Assembly: GCA_963724765.1 (NCBI GenBank)
Contig: CAVRVY010000002.1
Location: forward strand, 32,001 to 96,000
Direction of reading: 5' to 3'
Origin: an uncultured delta proteobacterium
Lineage (GTDB): Bacteria > Desulfobacterota > Binatia > Binatales > Binataceae
Length of the DNA stretch: 64,000 nt
In this document: positions 49,932 through 61,553 of the stretch, piece by piece
Position numbering within the stretch: the stretch's first letter is position 1
Layout: every line of letters begins with the position of its first letter
Position numbers and translations under genes: made by a program
The notes under the pieces: generated by a model
The model's input: the letters and a program-made list of their open reading frames with translations, nothing else
The model's database searches: none
Told to the model about the DNA's origin: nothing

Positions 49932-52364
49932 CTAGTTCAGCACGGTGCGCTCAGCGCCCGCCGGCGCGGGTTCCGGATGCTGTTCGACACCGTCGCGCAG
50001 CGCGTGGCGCAGAACCTCGTCGACCGTATCGACGAACACGAACTCCATCTCTTTGCGCGCTTCTTCGGGGATATCTTCGAGGTCGCTTTCGTTGCGCCGT
50101 GGCAGGATTACGGTCTTGATTCCCGCGCGCCGCGCCGCCAGCACTTTTTCCTTGACTCCGCCGACCGGCAAGACCTTGCCGCGCAAGGTGATCTCGCCAG
50201 TCATCGCAACGTCGGAGCGCACCGGGCGGGCGCTCAGCAGCGAGGCGAGCGAGGCCGCGATGGTCACGCCGGCGGACGGACCGTCCTTGGGGATGGCGCC
50301 GGCCGGGACGTGTATATGAAGATCGGATTTTTCGAAGAAGTCGGGCGCGATGCCGAGTTGTGCCGCGCGCGATCGCACGTAGGAGAGCGCCGCCTGCGCC
50401 GACTCCTTCATCACGTCGCCGAGCGAACCGGTGATCGTGACGCCCTTTTGTCCGTTCATCCGGGTGCTCTCGATGAACAGGATGTCGCCGCCATTGGGCG
50501 TCCAGGCAAGGCCCGTCGCGACGCCCGGCTCCTGGGTGCGCTCGGCCGCCTCGGAGAAGAACCTGCGCGGGCCGAGAAAGCGATGGAGCATGTCGGGCGT
50601 GACGCGCTCGGGGGCGGTTTCGCCCTCAGTGAGCGCGCGCGCGATTTTGCGGCATACGCGGCCGATTTCACGCTCGAGGTTGCGCAGCCCGGCCTCACGC
50701 GTGTAGCTGCGGATGATTTCGGACACCGCTTCCTTGGCGAACTCGATCTTGATATTGCCCAGCCCATTCTCGGAGATCTGCTTGGGCACCAGGTGGCGTT
50801 CGGCGATTTGGAGTTTTTCCTCCTCGGTGTAGCCGGGCAACTCCAGCACTTCCATCCGGTCGCGCAACGCGGGCGGAATCGGATCGAGCACGTTAGCGGT
50901 GGTCAGGAACAACACCTTGGAGAGATCGAAGGGCACGTCGAGATAGTGATCGACAAAGGCGTTGTTCTGCTCGGGATCGAGCACTTCGAGCAGCGCTGAG
51001 GCCGGGTCGCCGCGAAAGTCCGTCCCCAGCTTGTCGACTTCGTCGAGAATGAACAGCGGATTGTTGGAGCCGGCGTTGCGCAGCCCCTGGATCATGCGCC
51101 CGGGCAGCGATCCGATGTAGGTGCGGCGATGGCCGCGAATCTCGGCCTCGTCGCGGATGCCGCCGAGCGAGAGCCGCACGAACTTGCGTCCCAGGGCGCG
51201 CGCGATCGAGCGCCCGAGCGAGGTCTTGCCGGTTCCCGGCGGGCCGACGAAACACAGGATCGGCCCCTTGGTGTCGCTCTTGAGCTTGCGCACGGCGAGA
51301 AACTCGAGGATGCGTTCCTTGACCTTTTCGAGATCGAAATGGTCTTCGTCGAGCACCGAGCGGGCGTGCTTGATGTCAAGATTGTCATCGGTCGAAACCG
51401 ACCATGGCACGGTGACCAGCCAATCGAGGTAGGTCCGCACGACAGTATGCTCGGCCGATTCGGGCGGGATCATCTTGAGCCGATCCAGCTCCTTGTCGGC
51501 CGCCTTGCGAGCGTCCTCGGGCATCTTGGCCGCCTCGATTTTCCTCTCCAGGTCTTCGATCTCGGAGGATCGCGCGTCGCCCTCTCCAAGCTCCTTCTGA
51601 ATCGCCTTGAGCTGCTGGCGCAGATAGTACTCGCGCTGGTTCTTGTTGAGCTCGGTCTGGACCTGCGACTGGATCTTGTGGCCCAGCTCAAGCAGTTCGA
51701 TCTCGCGCCCCAGGATAACAATCAGCTTTTCCAGGCGCGCGCGCACGTCGTTGGTCGACAGCAGATCCTGCGACTCCTCGACCGCGATCTTCAGGTACGA
51801 GGCGACCATGTCGGTGAGGCGGGCGGGCTCGCGCACCTGCATCGCCATCACTTGCAGTTCGTCGGGCAGATAAGGCACCAGCGAAACGAACTTGGAAAAC
51901 TGGCTCACCAGATGAGCCTGCAGCGCGTCGAGCTCCTTATCGCCCTCGACCGCCTCGCCCAGGCGCCGCACGTTGGCGCGGAAGTACGGTTCGAGTTGGA
52001 CGAAATCGAGCAGATCGATTCGCGCGATGCCCTGCACCAGCACCCGCACGCTATGGTCTGGATACTTGAGCATCTTGAGAATCCGCACGGCCGTGCCGCG
52101 CGGGAACAGCCCTTCGGGGGCCGGATTTTCCTCTTCGGGATTTTTCTGCGCGGAAAGCCCGATTACCCGTGAAGCCTGTCCCACGTCCTCGATGAGTCTG
52201 AGCGAGGCTGGACGCGACACCAGGAAGGGATGAATCTGGTTAGGGAAGATTACGATGCCGCGCAGCGGCAGCACCGGCAAAACATCGGGCACCTCGACCT
52301 TGCTTAGATCTTCTTCGATGTCGAAGCGCTTTTCGCCTTTGGCCTTATCCGATTTTTCTGCCAT
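49932..52364 (-). CDS. lon: ATP-dependent protease La
   Basis: [29 protein letters not shown]. Confidence 0.97.
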   Translation of the reverse strand: MAEKSDKAKGEKRFDIEEDLSKVEVPDVLPVLPLRGIVIFPNQIHPFLVSRPASLRLIEDVGQASRVIGLSAQKNPEEENPAPEGLFPRGTAVRILKMLKYPDHSVRVLVQGIARIDLLDFVQLEPYFRANVRRLGEAVEGDKELDALQAHLVSQFSKFVSLVPYLPDELQVMAMQVREPARLTDMVASYLKIAVEESQDLLSTNDVRARLEKLIVILGREIELLELGHKIQSQVQTELNKNQREYYLRQQLKAIQKELGEGDARSSEIEDLERKIEAAKMPEDARKAADKELDRLKMIPPESAEHTVVRTYLDWLVTVPWSVSTDDNLDIKHARSVLDEDHFDLEKVKERILEFLAVRKLKSDTKGPILCFVGPPGTGKTSLGRSIARALGRKFVRLSLGGIRDEAEIRGHRRTYIGSLPGRMIQGLRNAGSNNPLFILDEVDKLGTDFRGDPASALLEVLDPEQNNAFVDHYLDVPFDLSKVLFLTTANVLDPIPPALRDRMEVLELPGYTEEEKLQIAERHLVPKQISENGLGNIKIEFAKEAVSEIIRSYTREAGLRNLEREIGRVCRKIARALTEGETAPERVTPDMLHRFLGPRRFFSEAAERTQEPGVATGLAWTPNGGDILFIESTRMNGQKGVTITGSLGDVMKESAQAALSYVRSRAAQLGIAPDFFEKSDLHIHVPAGAIPKDGPSAGVTIAASLASLLSARPVRSDVAMTGEITLRGKVLPVGGVKEKVLAARRAGIKTVILPRRNESDLEDIPEEARKEMEFVFVDTVDEVLRHALRDGVEQHPEPAPAGAERTVLN

Positions 52365-52490
52365 AGATGCTGAGCCGCCTCTCCAGTAGCGGACGAGAGC
52401 CGCCGGCGCTTCCACCCCCGCAATCGATTAACGTATTATACCCCCTGCGGGCAGACAAGCTCGGCCTCGCTGCATACAATCTAGCCACGA

Positions 52491-52952
52491 TTGGTGGTTC
52501 ACGCCAATTATCGAGGCAATAGCTTGGCGAAGCATCAGTTCGAGAAAGTTTTCACAGTAGAGGAAGCCAACGCCCTAATCCCGCGCATGGAAGTTCTGGT
52601 GCGCGGACTCCAGGTGGAGGCCGACACCTTGCGCGCGCGCATCCGCGAACTTGCCCGCCGCGACGATTCCGCTATCACCGGGATGCCACTGTCCGATCTC
52701 ATCGAGCGCTATCCCGAACTCAAGGAAAATGCTGCGCGGATGGCCGAGACGGCCGGGCAGGTCGAGAACCTGGGATGCTTCCTGAAGGATATCGATCAGG
52801 GCCTGGTCGACTTCCCCTACGAGATCGAGGACGACGTGGTTTTTTTGTGCTGGCAATCCGGCGAGCGCCAGATTATCGCCTGGCACACCATCGATTCCGG
52901 TTTCTCCGACCGCCGGCCTCTGCCCGGCGTCAACAAGCCGTACCTGAATTGA
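52491..52952 (+). CDS. DUF2203 domain protein
   Basis: FTVEEANALIP, LKDIDQGLVDFP, LCWQSGE, WH...GFSDRRPL. Confidence 0.85.
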   Translation: MVVHANYRGNSLAKHQFEKVFTVEEANALIPRMEVLVRGLQVEADTLRARIRELARRDDSAITGMPLSDLIERYPELKENAARMAETAGQVENLGCFLKDIDQGLVDFPYEIEDDVVFLCWQSGERQIIAWHTIDSGFSDRRPLPGVNKPYLN

Positions 52953-53031
52953 TCATCTTGATCTCCTCGCGACGAGGCCCAAAAGCGAAGCTCCCAGAAG
53001 CGGAGTTCCCGATTCCAGCTGCGAGGTCTCG

Positions 53032-53499
53032 ATGGTAGCCGTGCTGTTCGTATATTTGCTGAGCCTGGTCTGCTGGCTGGGCGGCATGGTGTTTTTCATA
53101 GCGGTCACGCAGAGCGCCTTCGCGGTGCTCCCAAAGGCGGAGGCGGGCAAGTTCCTAGCCGTGCTGTTTCCGCGTTACTACCTGCTCGGCTACATCTGCG
53201 GCGCGATCGGATTAATCCTGGCGATCTATCTGTGCGCGACGCGGATGCCGCGGATGTGGTGGGCGATGGCGGCGCTGGCGCTGCTGATCGCATTGGGGCT
53301 GACCGTCTACGCCGGCGCCGTGGTGCGGCCCCGGGTCGACGCGATTCGCACCGTGACCGAGGAGGCGAATCCTGATCCCGCGCGCCGCGCCGAATTCGAC
53401 CGGCTGCATCATCGCTCCGTCATGCTCAATGGCGCAGTGATGCTGCTCGACCTGGGGGCGCTGCTCGCAAGCGCCGCCGCGCTCACGCCTCGAACATAA
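53032..53499 (+). CDS. DUF4149/TMEM205-like membrane protein
   Basis: WLGGMVFF, FPRYY, FDRLHHRS. Confidence 0.8.
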   Translation: MVAVLFVYLLSLVCWLGGMVFFIAVTQSAFAVLPKAEAGKFLAVLFPRYYLLGYICGAIGLILAIYLCATRMPRMWWAMAALALLIALGLTVYAGAVVRPRVDAIRTVTEEANPDPARRAEFDRLHHRSVMLNGAVMLLDLGALLASAAALTPRT

Positions 53500-54257
53500 T
53501 GGATAATGGCGCGATCAAAGCGGTGGTGTTCGACCTCTTCGACACCCTGGTAAAGTGGGAACCCGAGCGGCTGCCGCTTTTGCACTGGCGCGAGCATTCC
53601 GCCCACAGCACGATTCCGTGGATATTGCCGTCGCTCCAGGAACGGATGGGTCCGCGCTTCGAACTCGAGAGGTTTCTCACCGTTTATCACGACGTGATCG
53701 ACGAGATTAACGCCGAGCGCGAACGCGAGGGTATCGAAATAACCTGCCAGGAGCGTTTCGAACGCACCCTGGAGCGTCTGGGCTACGCGGACCCCGCGGA
53801 GCGCGGCCTCCTCGCCTTCCATGTGACCCGCGTCCACATGGACGGCGTGCGCAAGGTCACCTTCGCGCCGCCCGAGCGCTCCGACGCCGTGCGCCGGCTG
53901 GCGCCGCACTTTCGCCTCGGCCTGCTCTCCAACTTCGACGACGCGCAGTGCGGGCGCGAGGTGCTGCTCGATACCGGCGTCGCCGACCTGTTCGAGGCGG
54001 TGATAATTTCGGCCGAGGTCGCCCTGCGCAAGCCCAACCCGCTTATCTACCAGCGCGTTCTGACGATGCTGCGGCTGGATCCGCACGCGATACTGTTCGT
54101 TGGCGACACGCCGCGCGAGGATGTGCTCGGGCCGCGGCTGGCCGCGATGCGCGTGGCGTGGGTGAACAAGCGCGGCGCTCCGCTGCCCGAGGGCATCCCG
54201 CAGCCCGACCTGACCGTCGCGGACATCGCCGAGCTTCCCGCTCTGCTCGGAGTGTGA
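53499..54257 (+). CDS. HAD-family hydrolase
   Basis: FDLFDTL, LSN, RKPNP, VGDTPREDVLG. Confidence 0.9.
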   Translation: MDNGAIKAVVFDLFDTLVKWEPERLPLLHWREHSAHSTIPWILPSLQERMGPRFELERFLTVYHDVIDEINAEREREGIEITCQERFERTLERLGYADPAERGLLAFHVTRVHMDGVRKVTFAPPERSDAVRRLAPHFRLGLLSNFDDAQCGREVLLDTGVADLFEAVIISAEVALRKPNPLIYQRVLTMLRLDPHAILFVGDTPREDVLGPRLAAMRVAWVNKRGAPLPEGIPQPDLTVADIAELPALLGV

Positions 54258-54263
54258 CCCGCG

Positions 54264-54824
54264 ATGCTACGGCGTCCGGCAATCGCGGTGATCGGCGGCG
54301 GCGACGGCGCCAGCGTCGAGGTGCTTGAACTCGCGCACAAGGTAGGAGCCGAAATCGGCGCGCATGGCGCGACGCTCATTTGCGGCGGACGCGGCGGCGT
54401 AATGGAGGCGGCGGCGCGGGGCGCGTTCGAGCGCGGCGCGCATACCATCGGCGTTCTGCCCGGTTACGACCACGGCGCCGCCAATCCGCATATCGAGTTC
54501 GCGATCGCGACCGGGATGGGCGAAGCGCGCAACGCGGTCGTAATCGGCAGCGCCGACGCCGTAGTCGCGCTCGCCGGCGAGGGCGGCACGCTGAGCGAAA
54601 TCGGCTTTGCGCTCAAAATTGGCCGCCCCATCGTTGCGCTTCGTGCATGGCCGCAAATCGAAGGTGTCGAGCACGCCGACGAACCCGACGCCGCCGTGGG
54701 CGAGGCGATTCGGATGGCCCGGCTGGCGGCGGCTCGCCACGCGCGCAAGGGCAAGCGCGCAAGGTCGAACGATCAGAATCAAGCGCCCGACCTTGAAGAT
54801 GGCCGGAAAGGAGTAAAACCCTAG
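54264..54824 (+). CDS. LOG-like / TIGR00725 family protein
   Basis: CGGRGGVMEA, TGMGEARN, GEGGTLSEI. Confidence 0.85.
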   Translation: MLRRPAIAVIGGGDGASVEVLELAHKVGAEIGAHGATLICGGRGGVMEAAARGAFERGAHTIGVLPGYDHGAANPHIEFAIATGMGEARNAVVIGSADAVVALAGEGGTLSEIGFALKIGRPIVALRAWPQIEGVEHADEPDAAVGEAIRMARLAAARHARKGKRARSNDQNQAPDLEDGRKGVKP

Positions 54825-54831
54825 AGCTGCG

Positions 54832-55242
54832 ATGCCTGGGGCGGCACATGACAAGGTGCTCGAAGAGCTTCAGCAGGGGCCGTTCTCGGCCGCGCTGCGG
54901 TTCACGATCGAAGCGCGCGGCGAGGGCGAGGCGACGGTGCGGATGCCGTTTGGCGAGGGCCTCCTCAACGCCGGCGGCCCCGGCGTCCCGATCCACGGCG
55001 GCGCGATCGCGGCGCTGGCCGACTTCGCCGCTTGCGCCGCGATCTGGACGATGCCGCAGACGCGCAGCAGCGCGACCATCTCGATGACCATCAACTACAC
55101 CGCGCCGGCAGTGAAAACCGACCTTGTCGCGCACGCCCGGGTGCGCCGCGGCGGCAAGCGTATCGCCAGCATCGCGGTCGAAATCCGCGACCAGCGAGAC
55201 GCGCTTATCGCCGACGCGCTGGTCACCTACAAAATTGCCTGA
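54832..55242 (+). CDS. PaaI-family thioesterase
   Basis: IHGGAIAALAD, INYTAPA. Confidence 0.9.
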   Translation: MPGAAHDKVLEELQQGPFSAALRFTIEARGEGEATVRMPFGEGLLNAGGPGVPIHGGAIAALADFAACAAIWTMPQTRSSATISMTINYTAPAVKTDLVAHARVRRGGKRIASIAVEIRDQRDALIADALVTYKIA

Positions 55243-56011
55243 CTCGGCCGCGATACTCGCCGCGGTGCGCGCGGCCGCCGCGCGCTACGGGCTCAACCTG
55301 TGCGCCGCGCTCCCGCTCGCCCGTTACGACGCGGCGGTCCAGCCCCAGGCGCGAGCGTCGCTCATCGACCCGGCTGCGCGCTCGATCGTGGTGCTCGGCA
55401 ACGGCGGAGGTGATTTCTGGGCGGCATTCAAGCGGCATGCGGCGCGCAACCCCGGATGGTGGGAGCGCGAAAATCCGCTCGATGACTTCACCCGTGATGT
55501 GGTCGAGCGCGAGGTCACGGCGCCGCTGCGCGATGCTGCGCTCCGCTACACCATCGTCCATCCCTTCATGCACGGCGGACCGACGCTCAACTTCGTCGAA
55601 CTGGGCAAGGCGGCGGGAATCGCCGGGCCGAGCATCCTCGGCGTCGTGGTGCATCCGGTGTTCGGTCCGTGGATCGCGTTTCGCGCGGCGCTGCTCCTGG
55701 AGGCCCTAATCGACACGCCGGGCGACGCGCGCGGATTCGATCCGTGTCTCGGATGTGTCCCGCGCAGTTGCCTCAGCGCGTGTCCGGTCGGCGCGGTGAG
55801 TTTTCCCGCCGGATGGGACGTGCCGAAATGCCTGACGCATCGGGTCGAGGTCGAGCCGGATTGCGCCGGGCGATGTCACGCACGAGTTGGATGCGTTCTC
55901 GGCCCGGAGCATCGGTACGCTGACGATGAGCTCGCGTATCATCAGATGCGCGCGCTGCGCGCGATGCGCCCGTACTACGAAACGCACATCAAGCCCAGGC
56001 CGCGCGGCTAG
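55235..56011 (+). CDS. CblC/QueG-like domain + 4Fe-4S protein
   Basis: NPLDDFT, HPVFGPWIAFRAAL, PCLGC...CLSACPVGA; TTG start overlapping the upstream stop. Confidence 0.7.
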   Translation: MPDSAAILAAVRAAAARYGLNLCAALPLARYDAAVQPQARASLIDPAARSIVVLGNGGGDFWAAFKRHAARNPGWWERENPLDDFTRDVVEREVTAPLRDAALRYTIVHPFMHGGPTLNFVELGKAAGIAGPSILGVVVHPVFGPWIAFRAALLLEALIDTPGDARGFDPCLGCVPRSCLSACPVGAVSFPAGWDVPKCLTHRVEVEPDCAGRCHARVGCVLGPEHRYADDELAYHQMRALRAMRPYYETHIKPRPRG

Positions 56012-56058
56012 TTACTAGCGAAGTGTGCGCGCCGCGCGGCTGAAACGCGCGACGCCGC

Positions 56059-57000
56059 TTAACGCCAATCATCGAGTATGTAGTTGCCTGAGCGGTTGTA
56101 GGCAGGCTCGTTGGGACTCTGCATCACGACGCCGATTCGCTCGGCGCGAAATCCACGCGCCGCCAACTTCCGATGCGCCCGCTCGCGCGCGAAGTTGACG
56201 CTAGCGCGCAGCTGATGCGCTCCGGCGCCCAGCGCTAGCGCCTCGCAGGCGTCGAGCATCTCATCGAAGTCGCGCTCAGCACGCTTGTCCGGCCGCGCGG
56301 CCGCGAACTTGACGAAGCACACGCCGCTGCCGGCCTCGCTCGCGCGCCCGATATGCGTAACGGCGAACCAGGACACCTTCGATCCGCGCCGCTCGAGGAT
56401 GGTCTCGCCCAAGCGCAGCCGATCGGCCGCCTCGATCTCGCGCCGCAGGTCGAGCCCGGCGAAAAATGAATCGGTAAGCTCGCGGCAGGCCGCGATCGTT
56501 TCTGTCTTTGCGTTCGCGGAGAGCGCGGAGAATTTTTCGTACTCGACCTGATGCTGCCGCGGCTGCAGTTCCTTTTGCATCACCGCGCTTAAAAAGCGCG
56601 GCCAGAATCCGTAGCGCTGGTAGAGCGCGATGTGCTTGGGGCTCTGCGAAAAAGTATAGAGCCCGCGATGACGCACGCCCCACCGCTCTAACATCGCCAT
56701 TGTGGCCTCGACCAGATGCTGACCGACCTTCTGATCCCATAGCTCCGGACGCACCGAAAGCGGGCCGAAGTAGGCGAGGCTGCCCCATCGCACGGCGAAG
56801 TTCGATCCGGCAAGCCGCCCGTTGTGCTCTGCGGCCAGCGCGCCCTCGGGATCGGAGCGACATCGCGAGTGCGCGTAGCCGGCGTCGTCCCACATCGCGG
56901 CCGGGTCCTTTAGCCCGATGAAGGTGCCGAAGGCGAGCCGCATGATGCGGTCGGCCTCGTCGAGATCGCTTTCGACCAGAGGCCGCACGAGGATGGTCAT
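56059..57000 (-). CDS. GNAT-family acetyltransferase (tandem domains)
   Basis: GPLSVRPELWDQKVG, LYQRYGF. Confidence 0.85.
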   Translation of the reverse strand: MTILVRPLVESDLDEADRIMRLAFGTFIGLKDPAAMWDDAGYAHSRCRSDPEGALAAEHNGRLAGSNFAVRWGSLAYFGPLSVRPELWDQKVGQHLVEATMAMLERWGVRHRGLYTFSQSPKHIALYQRYGFWPRFLSAVMQKELQPRQHQVEYEKFSALSANAKTETIAACRELTDSFFAGLDLRREIEAADRLRLGETILERRGSKVSWFAVTHIGRASEAGSGVCFVKFAAARPDKRAERDFDEMLDACEALALGAGAHQLRASVNFARERAHRKLAARGFRAERIGVVMQSPNEPAYNRSGNYILDDWR

Positions 57001-57053
57001 GTCATTTCAGCCGGACCGAGTTGGATGGCCCGCGCCCAATTCGCTGCCGCGAA

Positions 57054-58025
57054 TCATTTAAGCCGTTTCGCGACCTCGGTGGCGAAGTAGGTGAGGATCA
57101 TGTCGGCGCCGGCCCGCTTGATCGAGGTCAGCACTTCCATCACCGCGCGCTCCTCGTCGAGCCATCCGTTAAGCCCGGCCGCCCGCAGCATCGAGTACTC
57201 GCCCGAGACGTTGTAGGCCGCCACGGGCACGCGGAACTCGTGCTTGGCGCGGTAGATCAGGTCGAGATACGGCAGCGCCGGCTTGACCATCACGATGTCA
57301 GCGCCCTCGGCGAGATCGAGCGCGATCTCGCGCATCGCCTCATCGCCATTGGGCGGGTCCATCTGGTAGGAGCGGCGGTCGCCGAACTGTGGCGCCGACT
57401 CGGCGGCCTCGCGAAACGGCCCGTAGAAGGCCGAGGCGAACTTGGCCGAGTAAGCCATGATCGGAACGTGCACGAAGCCGTTTTCGTCCAGCGTTTTGCG
57501 GATTGCGCCGACCCGCCCGTCCATCATGTCCGACGGCGCGACCATGTCGGCGCCGGCGCGCGCGTGCGAGAGCGCCTCGCGCGAGAGCAGCTCGAGCGTC
57601 GCGTCGTTGTCGACGTCGTTGCCGAGCACCACGCCGCAATGACCGTGGTCGGTGTACTCGCACATGCAGACGTCGGTTATCACCGCGAGGCCGGGCACGT
57701 GCTCCTTGATTTCGCGAATCGCGCGCTGCACCTCGCCCTGGTCGTTCCACGCCTCGCTGCCGTGAGGGTCCTTGCGCTGCGGGATGCCGAACAGGATGGT
57801 CGCCGGGACGCCGGCCGCGTGCGTCTCACGCGCGGCGCGCACTACCTGATCGACCGACATCTGCGCCACGCCCGGCATCGAACTGATCGGACGTTTGACG
57901 TCGCGTCCCGGGCAGACAAAAAACGGCTGGATAAGATCGTCGGGCGCAAGGCGCATCTCTCGGACCATCCGGCGCAGTGTCTCGGTGCGCCGAAGCCGCC
58001 GTGGGCGATTGATTGGAAACGCCAT
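57054..58025 (-). CDS. hemB: porphobilinogen synthase
   Basis: [31 protein letters not shown]. Confidence 0.97.
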   Translation of the reverse strand: MAFPINRPRRLRRTETLRRMVREMRLAPDDLIQPFFVCPGRDVKRPISSMPGVAQMSVDQVVRAARETHAAGVPATILFGIPQRKDPHGSEAWNDQGEVQRAIREIKEHVPGLAVITDVCMCEYTDHGHCGVVLGNDVDNDATLELLSREALSHARAGADMVAPSDMMDGRVGAIRKTLDENGFVHVPIMAYSAKFASAFYGPFREAAESAPQFGDRRSYQMDPPNGDEAMREIALDLAEGADIVMVKPALPYLDLIYRAKHEFRVPVAAYNVSGEYSMLRAAGLNGWLDEERAVMEVLTSIKRAGADMILTYFATEVAKRLK

Positions 58026-58126
58026 CGGGATGCTTACCCCCTCAAGGGCGGAACTCGGACTTGACCTCAGATTATATTGATGAGACGCGGCGGAACGAAA
58101 CCGTTCTTGCGCGCCGGGAATGACGA

Positions 58127-58162
58127 GCGGCGGGCGCCCCGGATGACCGGAACGCCCGCCGC
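58127..58162. terminator. GC-rich hairpin, probable terminator
   Basis: gcggcgggcg...cgcccgccgc downstream of the phosphodiesterase gene. Confidence 0.5.
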
Positions 58163-58204
58163 GTTTGTGGCAGAGTCTGCCCGCCCCCCCCCTTGGGCGT
58201 GCGC

Positions 58205-59959
58205 CTACTCTGGGAGCGGGAGTCCCGGCAGAACCGGGGTATGCTCCAACCGAACCGCCTTCAGGCTCTGCGGATTGAGGCCCAGCGCCTTCAGGATCGT
58301 TGGCGCGACCTGTTTGGTCTGCACCGGGGTGGTGACCGTATTGGCCGGAATATTCGGGTTCGACACCAGCAGGATGACGTTGGTGTCGTCATGCGAGAAG
58401 CCGCCGTGCTCCGCGAGCTTCTTCACACTGTTGGAATAGGTCACGCCGATATTGGGAGTAACGAGGATATCCGGCGCGCGGGAATCTCCGGCATCGTAGT
58501 ACAAGGCAATCGAGGGGCCCGAGAAAATCTCGCCGATGCCCGCGATGTTGTCGGCCAGCGGCAGCGCGGGTGACGCGGTCTCGAGCGCTTTGACCTCGGT
58601 AGCGACGTCGCACGTAGACGTCAGCCAAAGCAGGGCTACGTCATCCTCCGTCGGTCCAATCTGGGTTAACTCCGAAGCCGGCAGGCAGGAGGCCAGAATT
58701 GTGGCCGGATCGTTGGATCCATCCGGCTGATAGCGGCTGGAATCGACCGGCGACTGGCCGTGCTTCGCGGTGATGATGAAGAGCGTCGATTCAAGCAAAT
58801 GCTTCTTCTTCAATTCAGAGAGCATCAGCCCGATCGAGGTGTCGACATACTTGATCTCCTGGAACAGCGATGGGCTGGGGGTTCCAATCGAATCAAGGTA
58901 ACCGCCTTTGGTGCTGTAAGTCGGAGACATCGGTGGTATGCCGCCGTTGTGCTGATATATCAACTTTTGCCCGATGCTCACCGCCTGGAAATTCATGCCG
59001 AAGATCGTCGGCACCGGCTTCTTGTGGACGCCGTCGTGGTCCTTGCCGTTGATCTCGTTAAGGATGGCCTGCACCTTGAGGCTGTCATAGCACTGGATGT
59101 TCAGGAAGCTTCCCGTGTAGTCATCGGCCGCGCTCACGGCGAACTGGTCCGGCAGGCTGGGGTTGCAAGTGTTGAGCGCTGGAGTCGCGCCGGCCTCGAA
59201 ATCCGCGGAATCGGAGTTTATTTCCGGCGCGAAGTAGTCGTTGACATTGGAGTCACTGGAGGTACCGGTAGGGCCGCCCACCGACGAATACGACGGATGC
59301 TTGTCAGCCCAAGCCGTATACCCTCCTGCACCGTGGATGACTCCGAAAATCGTGTTGACACGGACAAAGTTCCATGGATAAACGGGATTGCAATTCTCGT
59401 CGCGTTCCAGCCGGGTCGGATCGATCGAGTTGACCCCGCCGTCGCCGGTCGGCGCGCCACCGTTGAGAAACATCTGATTGGCGATGCCCGGGACATTGAT
59501 ATTGATGCCTTCGTCGAATTCAGTGCTGGTGCCGGACGGGGTTGCTCCAGACGTGCAAGAGCCGCCTAACAACCCGTTGCCCGTATCGTCCAACGGCGGA
59601 TTGAGCGCGCGGTCGTAAGCCACATCGTAATTGACGCCCATCGTGCGCGGCGAGCCACCGGTCATCAGCGCCATCAGCCCCGGAAATGAATCCGACGGCT
59701 TCGAGGTCGACGTGTCCAGATAATTCACGCCCATGCTTCCGAGCTCCGCCAGGTTGGGGCAGTAGGGATTGCCGCCGTTGAAGCCCGGGATACCTTTGGA
59801 ACAGTTCAAATAATCAAGCGCGTGGAACCCGTCGATGCTGATTAAAAGCACGTGGTGGATGTCATCCGAGTCGGCGAAAACCTGCTGGATCGACGCGACC
59901 AGCAGGAAGGTGCCGACAATGGCGCCTACTCTTAATTTCTTACCCATATTCCCCTCCAA
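58205..59959 (-). CDS. secreted alkaline phosphatase superfamily (NPP/phosphodiesterase) protein
   Basis: Signal peptide, LISIDG, PSDSFPG, ITAKHG, AEHGG, QVAPTIL. Confidence 0.85.
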   Translation of the reverse strand: MEGNMGKKLRVGAIVGTFLLVASIQQVFADSDDIHHVLLISIDGFHALDYLNCSKGIPGFNGGNPYCPNLAELGSMGVNYLDTSTSKPSDSFPGLMALMTGGSPRTMGVNYDVAYDRALNPPLDDTGNGLLGGSCTSGATPSGTSTEFDEGININVPGIANQMFLNGGAPTGDGGVNSIDPTRLERDENCNPVYPWNFVRVNTIFGVIHGAGGYTAWADKHPSYSSVGGPTGTSSDSNVNDYFAPEINSDSADFEAGATPALNTCNPSLPDQFAVSAADDYTGSFLNIQCYDSLKVQAILNEINGKDHDGVHKKPVPTIFGMNFQAVSIGQKLIYQHNGGIPPMSPTYSTKGGYLDSIGTPSPSLFQEIKYVDTSIGLMLSELKKKHLLESTLFIITAKHGQSPVDSSRYQPDGSNDPATILASCLPASELTQIGPTEDDVALLWLTSTCDVATEVKALETASPALPLADNIAGIGEIFSGPSIALYYDAGDSRAPDILVTPNIGVTYSNSVKKLAEHGGFSHDDTNVILLVSNPNIPANTVTTPVQTKQVAPTILKALGLNPQSLKAVRLEHTPVLPGLPLPE

Positions 59960-60001
59960 GGATTTGAGATTAAAGACCGACGCGGATGATTACTGAAGCA
60001 A

Positions 60002-60028
60002 ATGAATTGAGAATGACGCGAGTGTTAA
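60002..60028 (-). promoter_or_regulatory. Pho-box-like 11-bp-spaced repeats
   Basis: Minus strand TTAAC/GTCAT/TTCAT at 11-bp pitch, upstream of the phosphodiesterase. Confidence 0.55.
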
Positions 60029-60178
60029 GTTAAGGTTGCGAAAAATCTCAGTTAGAAGCAGGACGAACTGAGTATAGTGTCGCGTGATATAACGAAAGAT
60101 CTGCCGCTGAGCGTTTGGCTAATCGAAGAAAGTAACTTGCGCAAACCTATCTGAAAGAACGAGCGCCGCCGCAGCAAT

Positions 60179-60205
60179 TTAACGCGTCGTTAATCGCGCG
60201 ATAAC
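60179..60205 (+). promoter_or_regulatory. Pho-box-like 11-bp-spaced repeats
   Basis: TTAAC/TTAAT/ATAAC at 60179, 60190, 60201. Confidence 0.5.
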
Positions 60206-60292
60206 TCTGGCGATGATTAAGCGTGCTATCTACCGGACGCAACCGTTCGCATCCAGACATCCATGTTCAAAAACGCCAGGAGGTAGGGGACT

Positions 60293-61414
60293 GTGAAAAC
60301 TGCTCTGAGTCAAAGAGGTGTCGCTGCCCGGGCCCTTGCCGGCGGCGCTTCGCTATTGCTGCTCGCCGCGCTGCGGCCGGCGCCCGCTCGCGCGGTCAGT
60401 CCGTCGGCGGTCGCTCCTTATTCGTTCAACACCTTCGCTATATCCGAGAACGGCTATACCGCGCCCGATTCGATCACGTTTTCGCGCGACAACGTCTTCG
60501 TTGGCTATGGCAACGGCGGTAACCCCGACGGCTCCGGCGGCGCGATGAGTACGATCGTCAAGTACAAGATGGACGGAACGGTGGTGAAGACCTACACCGT
60601 CGTCGGCCATAACGACGGTCTGAGATACAATATCGAGACCGGCGATCTGTGGGCGCTGCAGAACGAAGACGCCAACACCACGCTCATCATCATCGAGCCA
60701 GGCACCGGCACGCAGAAGACCTACACCATCGGGACTGGACCGCACGGCGGCGGCTATGACGATATCGATTTCGACGGCGATGCGATCTATGTAAGCGCAT
60801 CCAACCCTTCAATTGAGACCGCGCCTGGAATCGCTCGGCTCAAGCTGAAGGGCAATAAGGTCGAACTGACCGGCATCCTCAACGACGATGCGTCGGCGAC
60901 CGACGTGGTCACCGGCGAGACCGTGACGCTCAATCTTACGGATCCGGATTCGATGATAGTCGATCCGTACGGTGAGCTGCTGCTCGACTCCCAGGCCGAC
61001 GGCGAGCTCATCATCGTGCAGCATCCCGGAAAAGGTTGCCAGAACAACCTGCTCGTGCCGCTGTCCTCGGAGGTCGGCGGAACGACGCCCGGCAATACGA
61101 CGGCTGACGACACGGTCTTTGCGAATGACGCGCAAGGCACGCTGCTCGTCGCAGACAAGGATGGCGAAGCGGTCTACGCGATAACCGCAGCGTATTTCGC
61201 GCCGGGCGCGGCCTACACCGCCATCGTGGCGACCACCACGCCGGGCGGATCAACGGCTGCGGCCTTCGTCGGGCAGACCAATCTGACTACGGGCTTTGTC
61301 ACTCCGATCCTTAATGGACTCCAGAATCCCGGCGGGATGGCGTTTATCCCCGCCGATAGCCACCCGAGTCTTGTGCCAGCGTCTGTAGTCGAAAAGGCCA
61401 ACGAATGCCCGTAG
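60293..61414 (+). CDS. secreted acidic beta-rich (propeller-like) hypothetical protein
   Basis: Signal peptide ending ARA; PDSI, GHNDGLR, LQNED, GGYDD, TDPDSM; AGGAGG upstream. Confidence 0.8.
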   Translation: MKTALSQRGVAARALAGGASLLLLAALRPAPARAVSPSAVAPYSFNTFAISENGYTAPDSITFSRDNVFVGYGNGGNPDGSGGAMSTIVKYKMDGTVVKTYTVVGHNDGLRYNIETGDLWALQNEDANTTLIIIEPGTGTQKTYTIGTGPHGGGYDDIDFDGDAIYVSASNPSIETAPGIARLKLKGNKVELTGILNDDASATDVVTGETVTLNLTDPDSMIVDPYGELLLDSQADGELIIVQHPGKGCQNNLLVPLSSEVGGTTPGNTTADDTVFANDAQGTLLVADKDGEAVYAITAAYFAPGAAYTAIVATTTPGGSTAAAFVGQTNLTTGFVTPILNGLQNPGGMAFIPADSHPSLVPASVVEKANECP

Positions 61415-61448
61415 CCGGTATGATTAGCGAGCGATTTGAAACTAAACC

Positions 61449-61475
61449 ATCATTCGTCCGACACATTGCCGTAAC
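61449..61475 (+). promoter_or_regulatory. Pho-box-like 11-bp-spaced repeats
   Basis: ATCAT/GACAC/GTAAC at 61449, 61460, 61471, upstream of pstS. Confidence 0.5.
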
Positions 61476-61553
61476 AATAGTTTGGTCCGATTGGACACTG
61501 CGGAGGTATGTTCTCGCCGGTCGAGCGACCTCCGAAAACCTGAGGAGAGACCT

